Below are positions 1 to 11,894 of a stretch of 64,000 nt of DNA, one piece after another (the stretch's first letter is position 1; each line of letters begins with the position of its first letter). The notes under the pieces are model-generated. The model worked only from the letters and a program-made list of their open reading frames with translations. It was not told where the DNA came from and did not search any database. Origin of the DNA: Azolla caroliniana. Taxonomy: Eukaryota; Plantae; Polypodiophyta. A program made the translations under genes and the position numbers. The stretch lies in NCBI GenBank assembly GCA_043228905.1, contig JBHGNT010000009.1:11842001-11906000 (forward strand), written 5' to 3'.

Positions 1-129
1 GGGATGCATGTCCTCTTGTAAGTCTATCCTTTGTTGCCTATGTCATCGAAAATTTACCTGAGCGAGCACTGAAAGTGGCTCCGAGATAGATGTATGATCC
101 AACGGGCCGATGTGTGGAAGATAAGGACT

Positions 130-1210
130 TTAGTTTTCCCTAGACTCACTACCGATGTCATCTAAGGCATTAAGGTGCCTTTGTAGGTCGTGTTCGGATT
201 CAGAGAGCAAAACTATGTCATCCGCATAGAGCAAGATACGAACCTGTGTATCCCCAAGGACTACTCCGTTGCCTCCCTTACGAGCAATAAAATCTGTGAT
301 CTCATCAATGTAGATCCCAAAAAGTGTCGGTGATAGGGGGCAACCTTGCTTTACACCAATAGTGCTAGTGAAACAATTGGATAGGCCACCTGGGCATCGG
401 ACACACCCGAACACTTGTTCATATAATGCGTAGATGGCCCAGACCATGTCATCTGGTATCCTCAAGCTTTTAAGCCTATCAAATGACCGCTCTCTAGGGA
501 CTGTGTCAAAGGCCTTGCGAAAGTCCACAAAACAACAATATAGTTTCTTCTTGCAAGCCTTAGTTTGGTCAATTAAGCATGTAAGTGTGAAGATATGATC
601 AATGGTGGAGAAGGCTCGTCTAAAGATAGATTGTTCAGGTGCACGAAGATTTAGGGTCTCCATATAATTGCTAAGCTCTGCTTCCATTACTGCACCATAT
701 AATTTAGCAAGGGTATGACCTATCATAATGGTCCTATAGGTATTTGGGTCCATGGGGTCCCCCCCTTTATGTATGGGGGCCACTGTGTTCTTAGTCCATT
801 GTGGTGGAAAACCCTCCGCAAGGGCACGATTGAAGATTAGAGTTAGCAAGGGAGCTAGGCACTCTCTCGCATATATAATGTGTTCTGCTCGCAATCCTGT
901 GTGGTCCATGGACTTCCTATGTTGTAATTTCTTTATGACCTTCGCGACCCTAGGGGTCGTGAAAAGTGTTCCCGTGGTAGATCGGGGTGTGGAAGGCATT
1001 GGAATGGGTGGTTGGTTTGGCATTTGGTAAAGTCTCTCTGTATATGTGTGCCAGGTTTCGGGATCTTCGATGGGTATTTGTGGTCTTGGTTCCCGTAGTC
1101 TCATCCATGGCGTGGCGCAATCGCTACTCATGAGCATATGGTAGAGTTCCCAATATTGGGATGCCTCCCACACCCGTCTCTTACGATGTGTCATCTTGTG
1201 CATTTCTTTG
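130..1210 (-). pseudogene. Non-LTR retrotransposon (LINE) ORF2 reverse transcriptase fragment, interrupted by a copia LTR at 1211
   Basis: ORF 130..1305 has LINE RT motifs PIHKGGD..NTYRTI, FVDFRKAFDTV, GVKQGCPLSPTLF and YADD. Its first ~30 codons are actually copia LTR sequence. Confidence 0.9.
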
Positions 1211-1465
1211 TGTTGAGAGGCAAGCTCAACCGGATCCGGATCGGCTGAATAAGCTTGAGCCGGATCGGTGAGCCGGTGAGGTGGGGAGCCAGTTAGCCGG
1301 ATCAAGCAGTAACCGGAAGCCTAGTAGCAGCCTAAACTACTAGGTAGTTAATGTCTCGTAGTTAGTGTTAGACGCTTGTATGAGCATTGAAGTACATTAT
1401 ACTTCTGCCAGTCCTCTTAGGACTTGCATAAATAGTGTTGTTGAGCACGTTGTATGTATAGAGAA
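1211..1465 (+). repeat. Copia 5' LTR (partial)
   Basis: Aligns by eye with 3939-4212 (shared agcagtaaccggaagcctagtagcagcc ... gcataaatagtgttgttgagcacg). Confidence 0.85.
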
Positions 1466-3938
1466 TTTTACAAATTCTGCCGTGCTCTCCCCGCACAAGG
1501 AACCGAGGAGATGGTTCACACGCAAAGAGAAGGGGAAGAAGAAGATGCCGGAATATGAAACCGGCAATGTTGAGTCGGATCGGAGAAAATCCAACTCCAG
1601 AATGGATGAATGCGGATCTTCGGCAACAAAGACCGAACCGGCCAATAAGGGCCTCAAAACGGGTAACGATAAGTTACACCGGTCTTCCCGCCAGAAGAAC
1701 CTCGTGAAGCAGTACGGGTATAATGAGTACCTGGTGCATCATTATGCGTACATGACCAAGGTGGCGGAAGTGCGTGAGTTGGAGAGCTACGCAGAAGCGG
1801 CAAAGGATGCAAATTGGCATGCCGCTATGGAGGAAGAAATGCGTGCACTTGATGCCAACGACACATGGGACCTAGTTGACCCTCCCCGACACTGTAAACC
1901 AATCGGATGTAAGTGGGTGTACAAGGTGAAGTACAATGTCGATGGTTCAGTTAACCGGTACAAGGCCTGGTTAGTGGTGAAAGGATATGCGCGGACCCAC
2001 GGAATCGACTATGATGAGACCTTCGCTCCGGTAGCGAAGATGACGACGGTTCGTGTGGTGCTGGCGGTTGCTGCAGCAAGGGGATGGCATCTTCACCAGA
2101 TGGACGTGAAGAATGCCTTTCTTCAAGGAGATCTTGAAGAAGAGGTCTTCATGACCCAACCCCCTGGGTTTGAATCGGAGATGAACAAGTCGGCGGTATG
2201 CCGGCTGAAGAAGTCACTTTATGGTCTGAAACAAGCCCCTCGAGCTTGGAATGCAAAGATCACGCACCGGTTGCGTAAGATGGGGTTTGTGACCTCTAAA
2301 TCTGACTCGTCGTTGTTCATTTGGCAAGGCCTAGACGGTCTGGTTTGCATCTTGTTGTATGTTGATGATCAAGTCATCACCGGACCTAGACTCGATGAAA
2401 TCAGCCGAGTCAAGTCCGAGCTGTCGGAAGCATTTGAGATGAAGGACCTGGGGGACCTTCACTATTTCCTTGGGATCGAGGTGATCCGAACCCCGACGGC
2501 ATATTGCTCTCACAAAGACACTATGTGTTGAATATGTTGTACAAGTTCGGCATGACGGAACGTCGACTGATCTCCACACCCCTGGACTGGAACCAAAAGC
2601 TCCGTCTCGACTTCGAACCGGCCTGCGATGAGAAGCGGTTCCGACAAATCGTCGGAAGCGTTATATATTTGACAATCACCCGACCCGACATCAGTTATCC
2701 AGTTGGTGAGATCGGCCAATATATGCAGAAGCCAACCATGGAGCACCTTCTGTGCACGCATCGAATTTTGCGATATATGAGCGGTACGAAGGAACGGGGA
2801 CTGTTATACTGGCATGGTATAACCGAAGAGCTAGTCGGCTACACCGATGCCGACTGGGCTGACGATGCCTCGGATCGCCGATCCACCTCCGGCTATATGT
2901 TTTCCCTTCGTAGCGCGGCTGTTGCGTGGAGCAGCAAAAAGCAGCCAATAGTGGCCCTTTCGAGCACTGAGGCTGAATACTGAGGCGTTACTATTGCCAC
3001 TTGTGAAGCCATTTGGCTTCGGCGACTGCTGCAAGACTTGCGGATCGAGGTGCCGACCGCGATCCTGATCTACTGCGACAACATAAGCAGCATGCAGCTC
3101 GCCAAGAACCCCGTATTCCATGCTCACACAAAGCACATAGAAGTGCACTACCACTTCGTGCGTGAGCGTGTCCTACGCGGTGAAGTCGAACTTCGGTATG
3201 TTCATATGGATCGGCAAGTTGCTGACATCTTCACCAAACTGCTCGGATTGGACAAGTTGCAGCACTTCACCAAATTGCTTGGTGTTCAGCATCTCGATGT
3301 GCCACACTTCAGGGGGAGAACGGGCAAAGACACTGGAATGGGAAAAGGCAAAGAAACTACCGATTGCGCCGGTAAGGGAAGAACCGACAAAAGGGAGAGA
3401 CAAGAAGAAGAAAGGAGTCGAGTCAACAAAGGAAGTTGACACATCCGAACAAGTTGGAACAAGCGGCAGCGGCGGCAGAGTCGAGAAGGACAGAGCCGAC
3501 CGAAAGAAGAAGGCCAAGACCTGGACATGGTCCGATGTGGTGAAGGGAGCGACTGATTCGAATCGGGAGCGACTGATTCGAATAAGAGCTAGAACGAGTC
3601 AGAGAAAGACGATTCGGTTCAAGAGACGGATTCAGAAGAACCGGATCAATTCAAGGCCAAGAGGACGAGAAGACAGCGAAAGTCGACGCCAACACGAAGG
3701 AATCGGTGAATCGCAAGCGCCAGGTCACAACAACGAGGGAGCTGAATTGGGCCTGTTGAGCAGACAAGCCGACCAAGGAGGTCGAGGTGCGTAGAATTAG
3801 AAGGGTTGCGGCAAACGGGACCGGACCGGACAAGGAGCGCGAGCGAGGTGGAGTGACGCTAGAAGGAGCCGGGTGGAAGGACCGACTACCATGGAGACTG
3901 ACACGACGATCCGACCTCAAGTTGAGCTTGAGGGGGAG

Positions 3939-4212
3939 TGTTGAGCGGCAAGCTCAACTAGATCAAGATCGGCGAAATAAGCCTGAGCCGGATCGGCATC
4001 TGAAAGGATGAGCCGGATCAGTGAGCCAATGAGCTGGGGAGCCGGTTAGCCAGATCAAGCAGTAACCGGAAGCCTAGTAGCAGCCTAGACTACTAGCTAG
4101 TTAATGTCTCGTAGTTAGTGTCAGACGCTTGTGTGAGCATTGAAGTACATTGTACTTCTGTCAGTCCTCTTAGGACTTGCATAAATAGTGTTGTTGAGCA
4201 CGCTGTATGTAC
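3939..4212 (+). repeat. Copia 3' LTR (3'-truncated)
   Basis: Follows the PPT. Similarity to the 5' LTR stops at ~4212. Confidence 0.85.
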
Positions 4213-4215
4213 AAA

Positions 4216-4804
4216 CACGTTCGAGTTCACAAGTGGAAGGATCGTGCATAAATGGAAGGATAAGGAAAAACGTTAAAAATCCACTATTTTCGTGATTTAG
4301 AAGTAACTAAAAAAAGAGGAATTTCAAAAAGTTACAGTCTCAATTTATATCACAAACTTTACAACCAATGTTATTTTATAAGAAACGATTTTTTAGAAAT
4401 CATAAGAATTCAAAACACATGCTTTTATATTACTCGATTTGCTACAAGCGGAATGTAGTTACACTTAATAGCCAAAAATACATTCATGATCATTCTTTTA
4501 CGGAGAATCACTACTATAACTAATATACAATGACAATTCCTCCTCCTCATCCTCGAATGTACCAATCAATGCATTATCTTCATCATAAACCAAATGGTTT
4601 GACTCTAGATTATAAGTAGCAGATCTCGTTTGCCTTTTGACTCGAGCCACCTTGTAGACCTGGTAATTTTTCTTTTATTATATCTATTGTTGACTTCCTT
4701 AATCGTCCGACTTTTGTAAGTGTGAAGTCCTATACAATGATATCCACATCAGAGATATCAAGGGTCGAGGTGTTACGAATGTTTCGCTTCCTCTTCCTAC
4801 TTCC
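4216..4804 (-). pseudogene. Probable 3' end (C-terminal coding remnant, 3' UTR and terminus) of the DUF7869-like transposase element, separated from its main body by a Tcn1 insertion
   Basis: Minus strand at ~4800-4620 translates GSRKRKRNIRNTSTLDISDVDIIV*DFTLTKVGRLRKSTIDIIKEKLP. It has the same orientation as the transposase that is cut at 11895 by the other end of the same LTR element. Confidence 0.5.
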
Positions 4805-6570
4805 GCTTCAGGATTACTCCTAAGAACACTATAAAAGAAGGCACTAGGCATTATGTTGAACCAAATTGGCTCAACGCCAGTCTTAAGCCTCTTAGCCATT
4901 TTGTACTTATCCTTCACATAATATATTAGCTGTTATCATCATCTCTCTCTCTCTCTCTCTTCCTCGCTATCTCTCTTCTCTCTTCTCCCTCTCTCAGTCT
5001 CGGGAATCTTACGCAGTCCTGTCCTCTTAGTACTAATAGTACTTCTCTTCTTTAGTACTAATTCCCTCTGTGCTTTAGTACTATTCATGATAGTTTGAAC
5101 CAATTTTTTCCTCTAGCCTACTTGTCGTTCTCCCTCATCCTCCTACCCTTTTCCCTATATTATGGCTACTGTTAGCGCCCAAGAATATCAATTTGTTTTC
5201 TCCGAGCTACAATGCCTAAAAGAAAAATTTGTTGACTTGGAACAAGAAAACCAACGACTGATAGGGGATCTGCAACATAGATGCCCCATCCGGACCGATT
5301 CGTACATGTTTTGCTCCGAGAGTTTTCTTCCTGTGTGGGGTATCAGGGCTTCTCGAACTATCAGTTCCCCACTCCGCAACAATCCGCTTTAAAAATCCAT
5401 TCTCACTTGGGACAAGAGTTCCCTCTTGTTCCTTTCGTGATTTGCCGGCATCGTTAGGAATTGGACGGATTTCCCACCATTTTGGCTCCGAATTCGCGCA
5501 AAAGCCGCACCGCTATCGAGCACCTTCGTCTCCATCCATGATGCCGTGATAAAGGGTTGGCCGAGGATGACGGAATGTGAAACCTCATCTTGCACGAAGA
5601 AATTTTGGTCGATCTCGACATCCCCGATCTTCACCGTCACATCCGGACAAGCCGCAAATAGATCTTCCGTTGCTTTGGTGGCCGCCCGAATCTTCCATCC
5701 ATGGTTGGTGTTAATAGGCCACTTCCCCTTCCGGTAGAACTCCTTGGACATCAAGTTGATCTCCGATCCGTGATCAATCAATGCTAGCACGGGTTCTTTG
5801 ATGTTGCCGATTCGGACCGGAGTCTCCGTAGTCGCGCGTGCCCAATGTGGTCTTGTATAGTGGGAGTTCGGAATTTCGTCCTCCACTTCGGTGTCGTTCA
5901 TTAAAACGGTGTTCGCATTCACCCTTGGAGCATTTTCCTCCGTACTTTGTCTTTTTCGCTTCACGAGATCCACGAGAAGATCGTGGAACTCCTTCTTTGC
6001 TATTTCGAGTAGCTCCCGAAGTGAGAAATCTACCCGGCTATCCAAGATCCTTTCCTCGAACACTCTTTTCAAGTCGGTTTGTTGTTCTATGACCGAGGCG
6101 AGCTTGAATGCCAGAGTTGCCTTTTCTTTTCCCTTACCTCCGGAGTTCCAGCTTTCCGATATCTTCGATGGCCCGCCCGCATCCTCCGTGCGTCGTCGTT
6201 TCTCGTCCACATACACCTTATGCAATTGACATAGGGCGTATACGCTATTCTTGTCGACAGGGCACTCCCATCCCGTAGCTTCCCGGACGCCTTCCGCGGT
6301 GCTTCGGATCTCGTTGGAGTCGGTTTTCTCGGGATTTTCTAGAACTTCCGGCCAAAAAGACGTCTTTGCTCTCGATGACTCCCCGACACATATTCCCGCG
6401 GTTGTCGCATAGTTGCTTCTTGCCGCCAATTCCTCCTCGAGCACCTTCTTCATGCCGCCTTTCCGGAAGTTCGGTCGAAGTGGCTTCCGAGAGTCCATCG
6501 AATGAATCCGGTTTCCCTCGTAGTAGATGAGATCCCGCCGTAGCGCCTCCTTATGCTCGTCGCAATCCCT

Positions 6571-7158
6571 CCGATCGTGTTCGGCGCTATCGCACCATAT
6601 GCACCGTCGGTCCGTATACTTGGAGCTTGTGGGGCGGTCATCCGACTTCTTCAACATCGCGATCTTCAGATTCTCCATCTCCTTCAATAGTTGCTCCACC
6701 GTAGATGCATCAATTGCCTTCTCGGTTGTAGTCTCCCGAGCCCTCGGTTGATGGTCTTCCAATCCGGTTCTCAGTTTCAGAATCGGTTCCGAAACCCTCT
6801 TTTCCTCGTTTGCAAGCCATTGCCCCCTCTTCGTGTATCGCGCGACGATATCCCACACGCTTTCCGATCGTGTTCGGCGCTATCACACCATATGCACCGT
6901 CGGTTCGTATACTTGGAGCTTGTGGGGCGGTCATCTGACTTCTTCACCATCGCGATCTTCAGATTCTCCATCTCCTTCAATAGTTGCTCCACCGTAGATG
7001 CATCAATCCCCTTCTCGGTTGTAGTCTCCCGAGCCCTCGGTTGATGGTCTTCCAATCCGGTTCTCGGTTTCGGAATCGGTTTTGAAACCCTCTTTTCCTC
7101 GTTAGCAAGCCATTGCCCCCTCTTCGTGTATCGCGCGACGATATCCCGCACGCTTTCC
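6571..7158. repeat. 293-bp tandem duplication inside gag (frameshifting)
   Basis: ccgatcgtgttcggcgctatc occurs at 6571 and 6864. The duplicated peptide is visible in ORFs 5389..6858 and 6777..7724. Confidence 0.9.
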
Positions 7159-7741
7159 CATGTTTCGGTGAGGCCACTCTCCGTGGTCGTGTCCTCCAAG
7201 AGCACTCCGAGATCTTTCCGGTCCCGGATGTCCACGGCTCGCAAGAACATGATCACCTTGTCCGGTACGAGGATAGCTTGATCTCTCGCGGACAACCTCC
7301 CGAACCGGCTTTCAAATGCCGAAAACACATCAACGACCTTCAATCCCTTGTCCGACATCTCCAACCAATCTTCGAATCCCCTTCGCGTCGCCTTGGAGGA
7401 ATCCTCGATGGCGAACGTCCTCTTTAGCTCTTCTTCAAACGCCTCCCATGTCGGATTTTTTTGTCGTAGCCCATGGATGCTTGCTTGAAGCCCGTCGGTC
7501 GCCACCCGGTTGAAGGACGTCAATTGCAGTCCTTCCGATATTCCGCACCGTAGCATCTCCGCCTTGTAGTCCCGAAGATACCGCGACACGTCTTTCCCGT
7601 TGAATTGCCCGTTTCGTTGCACGAGCCGCTCCACTGATGCCGCTATCTCCGACATCGCGCGTTGTTCTTGTAGCATGCGCTCGAACATCATCATCATGTT
7701 GCTAGCCTCCGGTTGATTTTCCATCTCCTTGCCACCCGGTT

Positions 7742-7759
7742 TTCACGTCGGGCTCACTA
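7742..7759 (-). promoter_or_regulatory. Primer-binding site complementary to tRNA-Trp
   Basis: Minus strand TAGTGAGCCCGACGTGAA lies 4 nt after the LTR. The complement of the plant tRNA-Trp 3' end, as recalled, is TGGTGAACCCGACGTGAA (2 differences). Confidence 0.75.
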
Positions 7760-10700
7760 ACTGTGTCGTGCCTTTCGGCTCTGGATCGTTGCGTGAGTCG
7801 GGTGGGAAGCGCCGAGGTTTTGGACTAGGAGGAAGAAAAATACAAATAAGACTAGTAAAGAATAGGTATAAAGAGTTATAAGATAAGAATCTTGTGAATC
7901 CCACGAGTTTAGTATATTTAGTCAATATTTAGGTAGTAAGAGAGAATTATTTTAGCAAATTCATGAATCCCACGAATATTTTAGATTGATTGATCATTAT
8001 AGAAAAAAAATCAACAAAAACTACAATGTGCTCCCCATCCTTATATAGTGATGGGAGAAACTAAGCATAGCTACATGCTTTTTTCTAATATGTTCATGCA
8101 CACTAAATGTGCATGTGATGCTTTTCTAATCCTTGCTTTTATTTGCTAAATATAGTGCTCATGCACACTAGATGTGCATGAGTCACTTTTTAGTTGATTG
8201 CGTTTTTCTATAAAATATTCACGCACTCTAAAAATGCATGATTTACCTTTTAATAAAGGTAGGCGCAAATAAAGGACTTATAATTATTAAATCTATTTGT
8301 AGAACACTAAAGATAAGGTAGCATAACGGTAAAGTTGAGGTTTGGTTACGTGGAGGTATAAGGTTTGAATCTTGCCTTATGCACGTGATAAATATTTTGA
8401 TATATTATTTATTTATTTATATGTATCTAAAATCGGATATATTATTTTATGGTTTTCTCGTAGTGTGTGGAATACACTACGACAACGTATTTGACAAGGT
8501 AAAAGCCGGTACTCTTCCTCATCATCGTCCCTACAATTGTCCCATCGATTTACAACCAGGAGAAGAGCCACCATGGGGACCAATCTACAACTTGTCACCC
8601 ACCGAGTTAGAAGTCCTTCGAGCCTACATAGAGGAGAACTTGGCAAGCGGGTTTATTCGTCATTCGAAATCTTTAGCCGGAGCACCCATCTTCTTTGTCA
8701 AGGAGAAAGATGGCTCACTTCGTCTTGTTGTTGATTACCGTGGCTTAAATAAGGTCACCATCCGGAATAGGTATGCACTTCCTCTTATATCAAGTCTTTT
8801 AGAGCGAGTTAATGGTGCCAAGTTTTTTACAATAATCGATCTACGAGGAGCGTATAACCTCATGGGGATCCGACCGGGAGATGAATGGAAGACTGCCTTT
8901 TGCATGCGGTATGGGCATTTCGAATATACTGTTATGCCGTTCGGTCTAACCAATGCACCTGCAGTCTTCCAACACATGGCAAATGATATATTTAGAGACC
9001 TCTTGGATATCTGTTTGATCATCTATCTGGATGATCTATTTATTTATTTGAAGACCCAGGAAGAGCACGATCCTCATGTACTATTAGTACTAAACCGACT
9101 CCATGAGAATGGTCTTTATGCCAAGCTAGAAAAATGTAGCTTTGACTGCAAGCAAGTGGAATTTCTAGGCTATATTATCTCCTCAAAGGGCACCTCCATG
9201 GATCCAGCTAAGGTCCAAACTGTGCTAGAGTGGCAAATTCCACGGTCAGTACGAGATGTACAATCTTTTCTAGGTTTCGCTAACTTCTACCACAAGTTTA
9301 TATAGGATTACTCGAAGATTATTTACCTCTCACACAACTTACGAAGAGTGGACAAGCATTTCTTTGGTCCAATGAAGCGGACATGGCTTTTCGGCATCTT
9401 AAGAAAGCCTTTACATCAGCACCTATTCTAACCCATGTCGATACAAGCAAACCATTCATCATGGAGGCCGATGCATCAGATTTCGCCCTCGGTAGCATCC
9501 TTTCTCAACAAGGAGATAAAGAAGAGTTACATCCTGTGGCTTTCCATTCGCGCAAATTCGATGTTGCGGAAATCAACTACGAAATATATGACAAGGAGTT
9601 ATTAGCCATCGTGGATTCATTTGTGCAATGGCGGCATTTTTTGGAGGGCTCTCCACGTCAGGTCATCGTCTTCAGTGATCACAAGAATCTTTCTTATTTC
9701 TAGAATGCTCGTGTGCTAAATCGACAGCAAGCTAGGTGGGCTCAATTCCTCACACGTTTTGATTTCAAAATTGCATATCGACCGAGGAAGCAGCAAGGAA
9801 AGGCAGATGCACTATCACGGCGTTCATATCTTGCACCTCGTCCTAGTGATCCCGCATTCGATAATTAAAAGCAAGTAATCTTGGGACCAACACGATTGCA
9901 CACAACGCGGATTTTTCACACCCCAAAGGATTCCCAGATTATCGACACCATACGTGCGAATTTGAAGACGGACAATTTTGCTCAAGACATTCTGGCACAC
10001 ATTGATACCTCTCAGGCATCCTGTTCCCAGTCTCAGCAACCAAGTATGGACTACAGACAATTCGAATATCATGATGGTTTGTTATTCTCTAAAAAGCTTG
10101 TATATGTCCCCGATTGCTCCTGTCGCCTTCAAATCGTCCAAAGTTGTCACGACACCCATATGGCAGGACATTTTGGTAGCACTAAGACAATAGATCTAGT
10201 TCAACGATCCTTTTGGTAGCCCTATATGCGACGTTTTGTCGACGACTACGTTCAGACCTATGATGCTTGCTGCTGAGCAAAGATGCCACGACACCATCCA
10301 TATGGCTTGTTGGAACACTTACCGATTCCAAGTAAGCCGTGGTAGTCTATTTGTCTTTATTTTATCACAGATCTACCGGTCTTGAAGGGGTTCGATGCTA
10401 TCTTAACCGTCGTCGATCGATATACAAAGATGGCACATTTTGTGCCATGTACTAAGGCCATCACTAGCGAGGAAACCGCCACCCTTGTCATGCGTGAGGT
10501 ATTTTGGCATCATGGCATCCCAAACAGTATCATCAGTGACCGAGGACCGCAATTTTTCTCCAAATTTTGGCAGCATCTCTTCAAGATGCTCAAGGTCTCT
10601 TGCAACCTCTCCTTCGGCTACCATCCTCAGACCGATGGGTAGGCGGAACGAACAAACCAAACGCTGGAGCAATATCTCCGGTGTTTCCTGGGTTATCAAC

Positions 10701-11224
10701 AGGACGATTGGGCCGAGATTCTCCACTTTGCGGAGTTTGTGTATAATAATGTTGTTCACTCCTCGACTCGAGTCTCCCCATTCTACGCTTATACCGGTTC
10801 TCATCCTCGCTGGTCGGTGATCGACACCCGGGAGCTACCTACCAATCCTCGTGCTGGGGATCATTTGGAGAGACTACGCAAGATCCAAATGGATCTCTCT
10901 ACTCATCTTCGTCATGCTCAACAGACACAGAAAACTTACACGGATCGTCATCGGCTTCCCTCCTCTTTTGCCATCGGAGATCGAGTATGGCTTTTATGTC
11001 GTCACATCAAGACTACTCGACCGTGCGACAAGTTGGATTATCGCCGACTCGGTCCTTTCCGTATTACCGGCAAGGTTAATGATGTCACGTTCCGCCTTGA
11101 TCTTCCTCCGCATCTTCGGATACATCCGGTCTTCCATAGTTCTCTTCTTGAACCTTATAAAGCAAACACTCTTGCCGATCGTGTTACTCCACTGCCACCC
11201 CCGCTTGAGTTAGACACCGGCTCG

Positions 11225-11385
11225 GAGTATGAAGTTGCTGCCATCCTCGACTCCAAATTTTTTCGCAACAAACTTTATTATTTGGTCGATTGGCTTGGCT
11301 ATAGGCCGAGTGAATGTACTTGGGAACCCGTCGAGTATGTCGCCAATGCTCAGGATCTTCTTGCTGAGTTCCATCGAAAGTATCC
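11225..11385 (+). other. Integrase C-terminal chromodomain (group I type)
   Basis: EYEVAAILDSK..LYYLVDWLGY..SECTWEP..V.NAQDLLAEFH, with the aromatic cage Y/W/Y present. Confidence 0.9.
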
Positions 11386-11447
11386 GAACAAACCCGGTCC
11401 GCAATCAACGCTGACTCGTTCCACTCGTCGCCTTAAGGGGGAGATAG

Positions 11448-11894
11448 TGTCATGATATGGCAAGACTCAAACCCATGACATTATGTTATATGGGTCGAGC
11501 TCTTGACCAATATAGCATCTATTGTAATACGTAGGATATTATTTTCATTTAAGTTTTATTATAGGAAATTAATGTATATTCTAGATTTCTCTGGAACATT
11601 CTAGAAGCTTCAGGATTACTCCTGAGAACACTATAAAAGAAGGCACTAGGCATTATGTTGAACCAAATTGGCTCAACGCCAGTCTTAAGCCTCTTAGCCA
11701 TTTTGTACTTATCCTTCACATAATATATTAGCTGTTATCATCATCTCTCTCTCTCTCTCTCTTCCTCGCTATCTCTCTTCTCTCTTCTCCCTCTCTCACT
11801 CTCGGGAATCTTACGCAGTCCCATCCTCTTAGTAGTAATAGTACTTCTCTTCTTTAGTACTAATTCCCTCTCTACTTTAGTACTATTCATGACA
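11448..11894 (+). repeat. Tcn1-like 3' LTR (complete, 447 bp)
   Basis: 8-bp terminal inverted repeat TGTCATGA/TCATGACA after the PPT. The 3' portion is near-identical to 4805-5092. Confidence 0.92.

Larger units (their letters stand above)
1211..4212 (+). mobile_element. Ty1/copia LTR retrotransposon, internally deleted (RT-RNaseH only) with truncated LTRs
   Basis: Similar LTR copies start TGTTGAG at 1211 and 3939, with PPT TGAGGGGGAG at 3929-3938. RT motifs are KWVYKVK, QMDVKNAFL, SLYGLKQAPRAW and YVDD; RNaseH motifs are DADWA, SSTEAEY and KHIEVHYHF. Frameshifts and stops are present. Confidence 0.92.
5278..8484 (-). mobile_element. Non-chromovirus Ty3/gypsy 5' half (LTR, PBS, gag, protease) of a tRNA-Trp-primed family
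   Basis: LTR 7764-8484 has TGTCGT..ACGACA ends, with PBS at 7742-7759. Gag ORF 6777..7724 and ORF 5389..6858 carry the CIWCDSAEHDRRDC zinc knuckle and protease LIDHGSEINL. Confidence 0.88.
4805..11894 (+). mobile_element. Ty3/gypsy chromovirus (Tcn1-like), degenerate; gag-PR region replaced by a nested element
   Basis: 5' LTR remnant 4805-5092 matches the 3' LTR 11448-11894 (TGTCATGA...TCATGACA). Gag starts at 5162 (MATVSAQEY..). Also present: RT (YLDD) in 8485-9305, RNaseH (EADASDFA), integrase, chromodomain and PPT AAGGGGGAGATAG. Confidence 0.92.

Noticed and set aside
8379-8484. N-terminus of ORF 8379..9305 as a real hydrophobic leader
   Set aside because: It is read-through from the nested element's LTR; genuine pol resumes at 8485.
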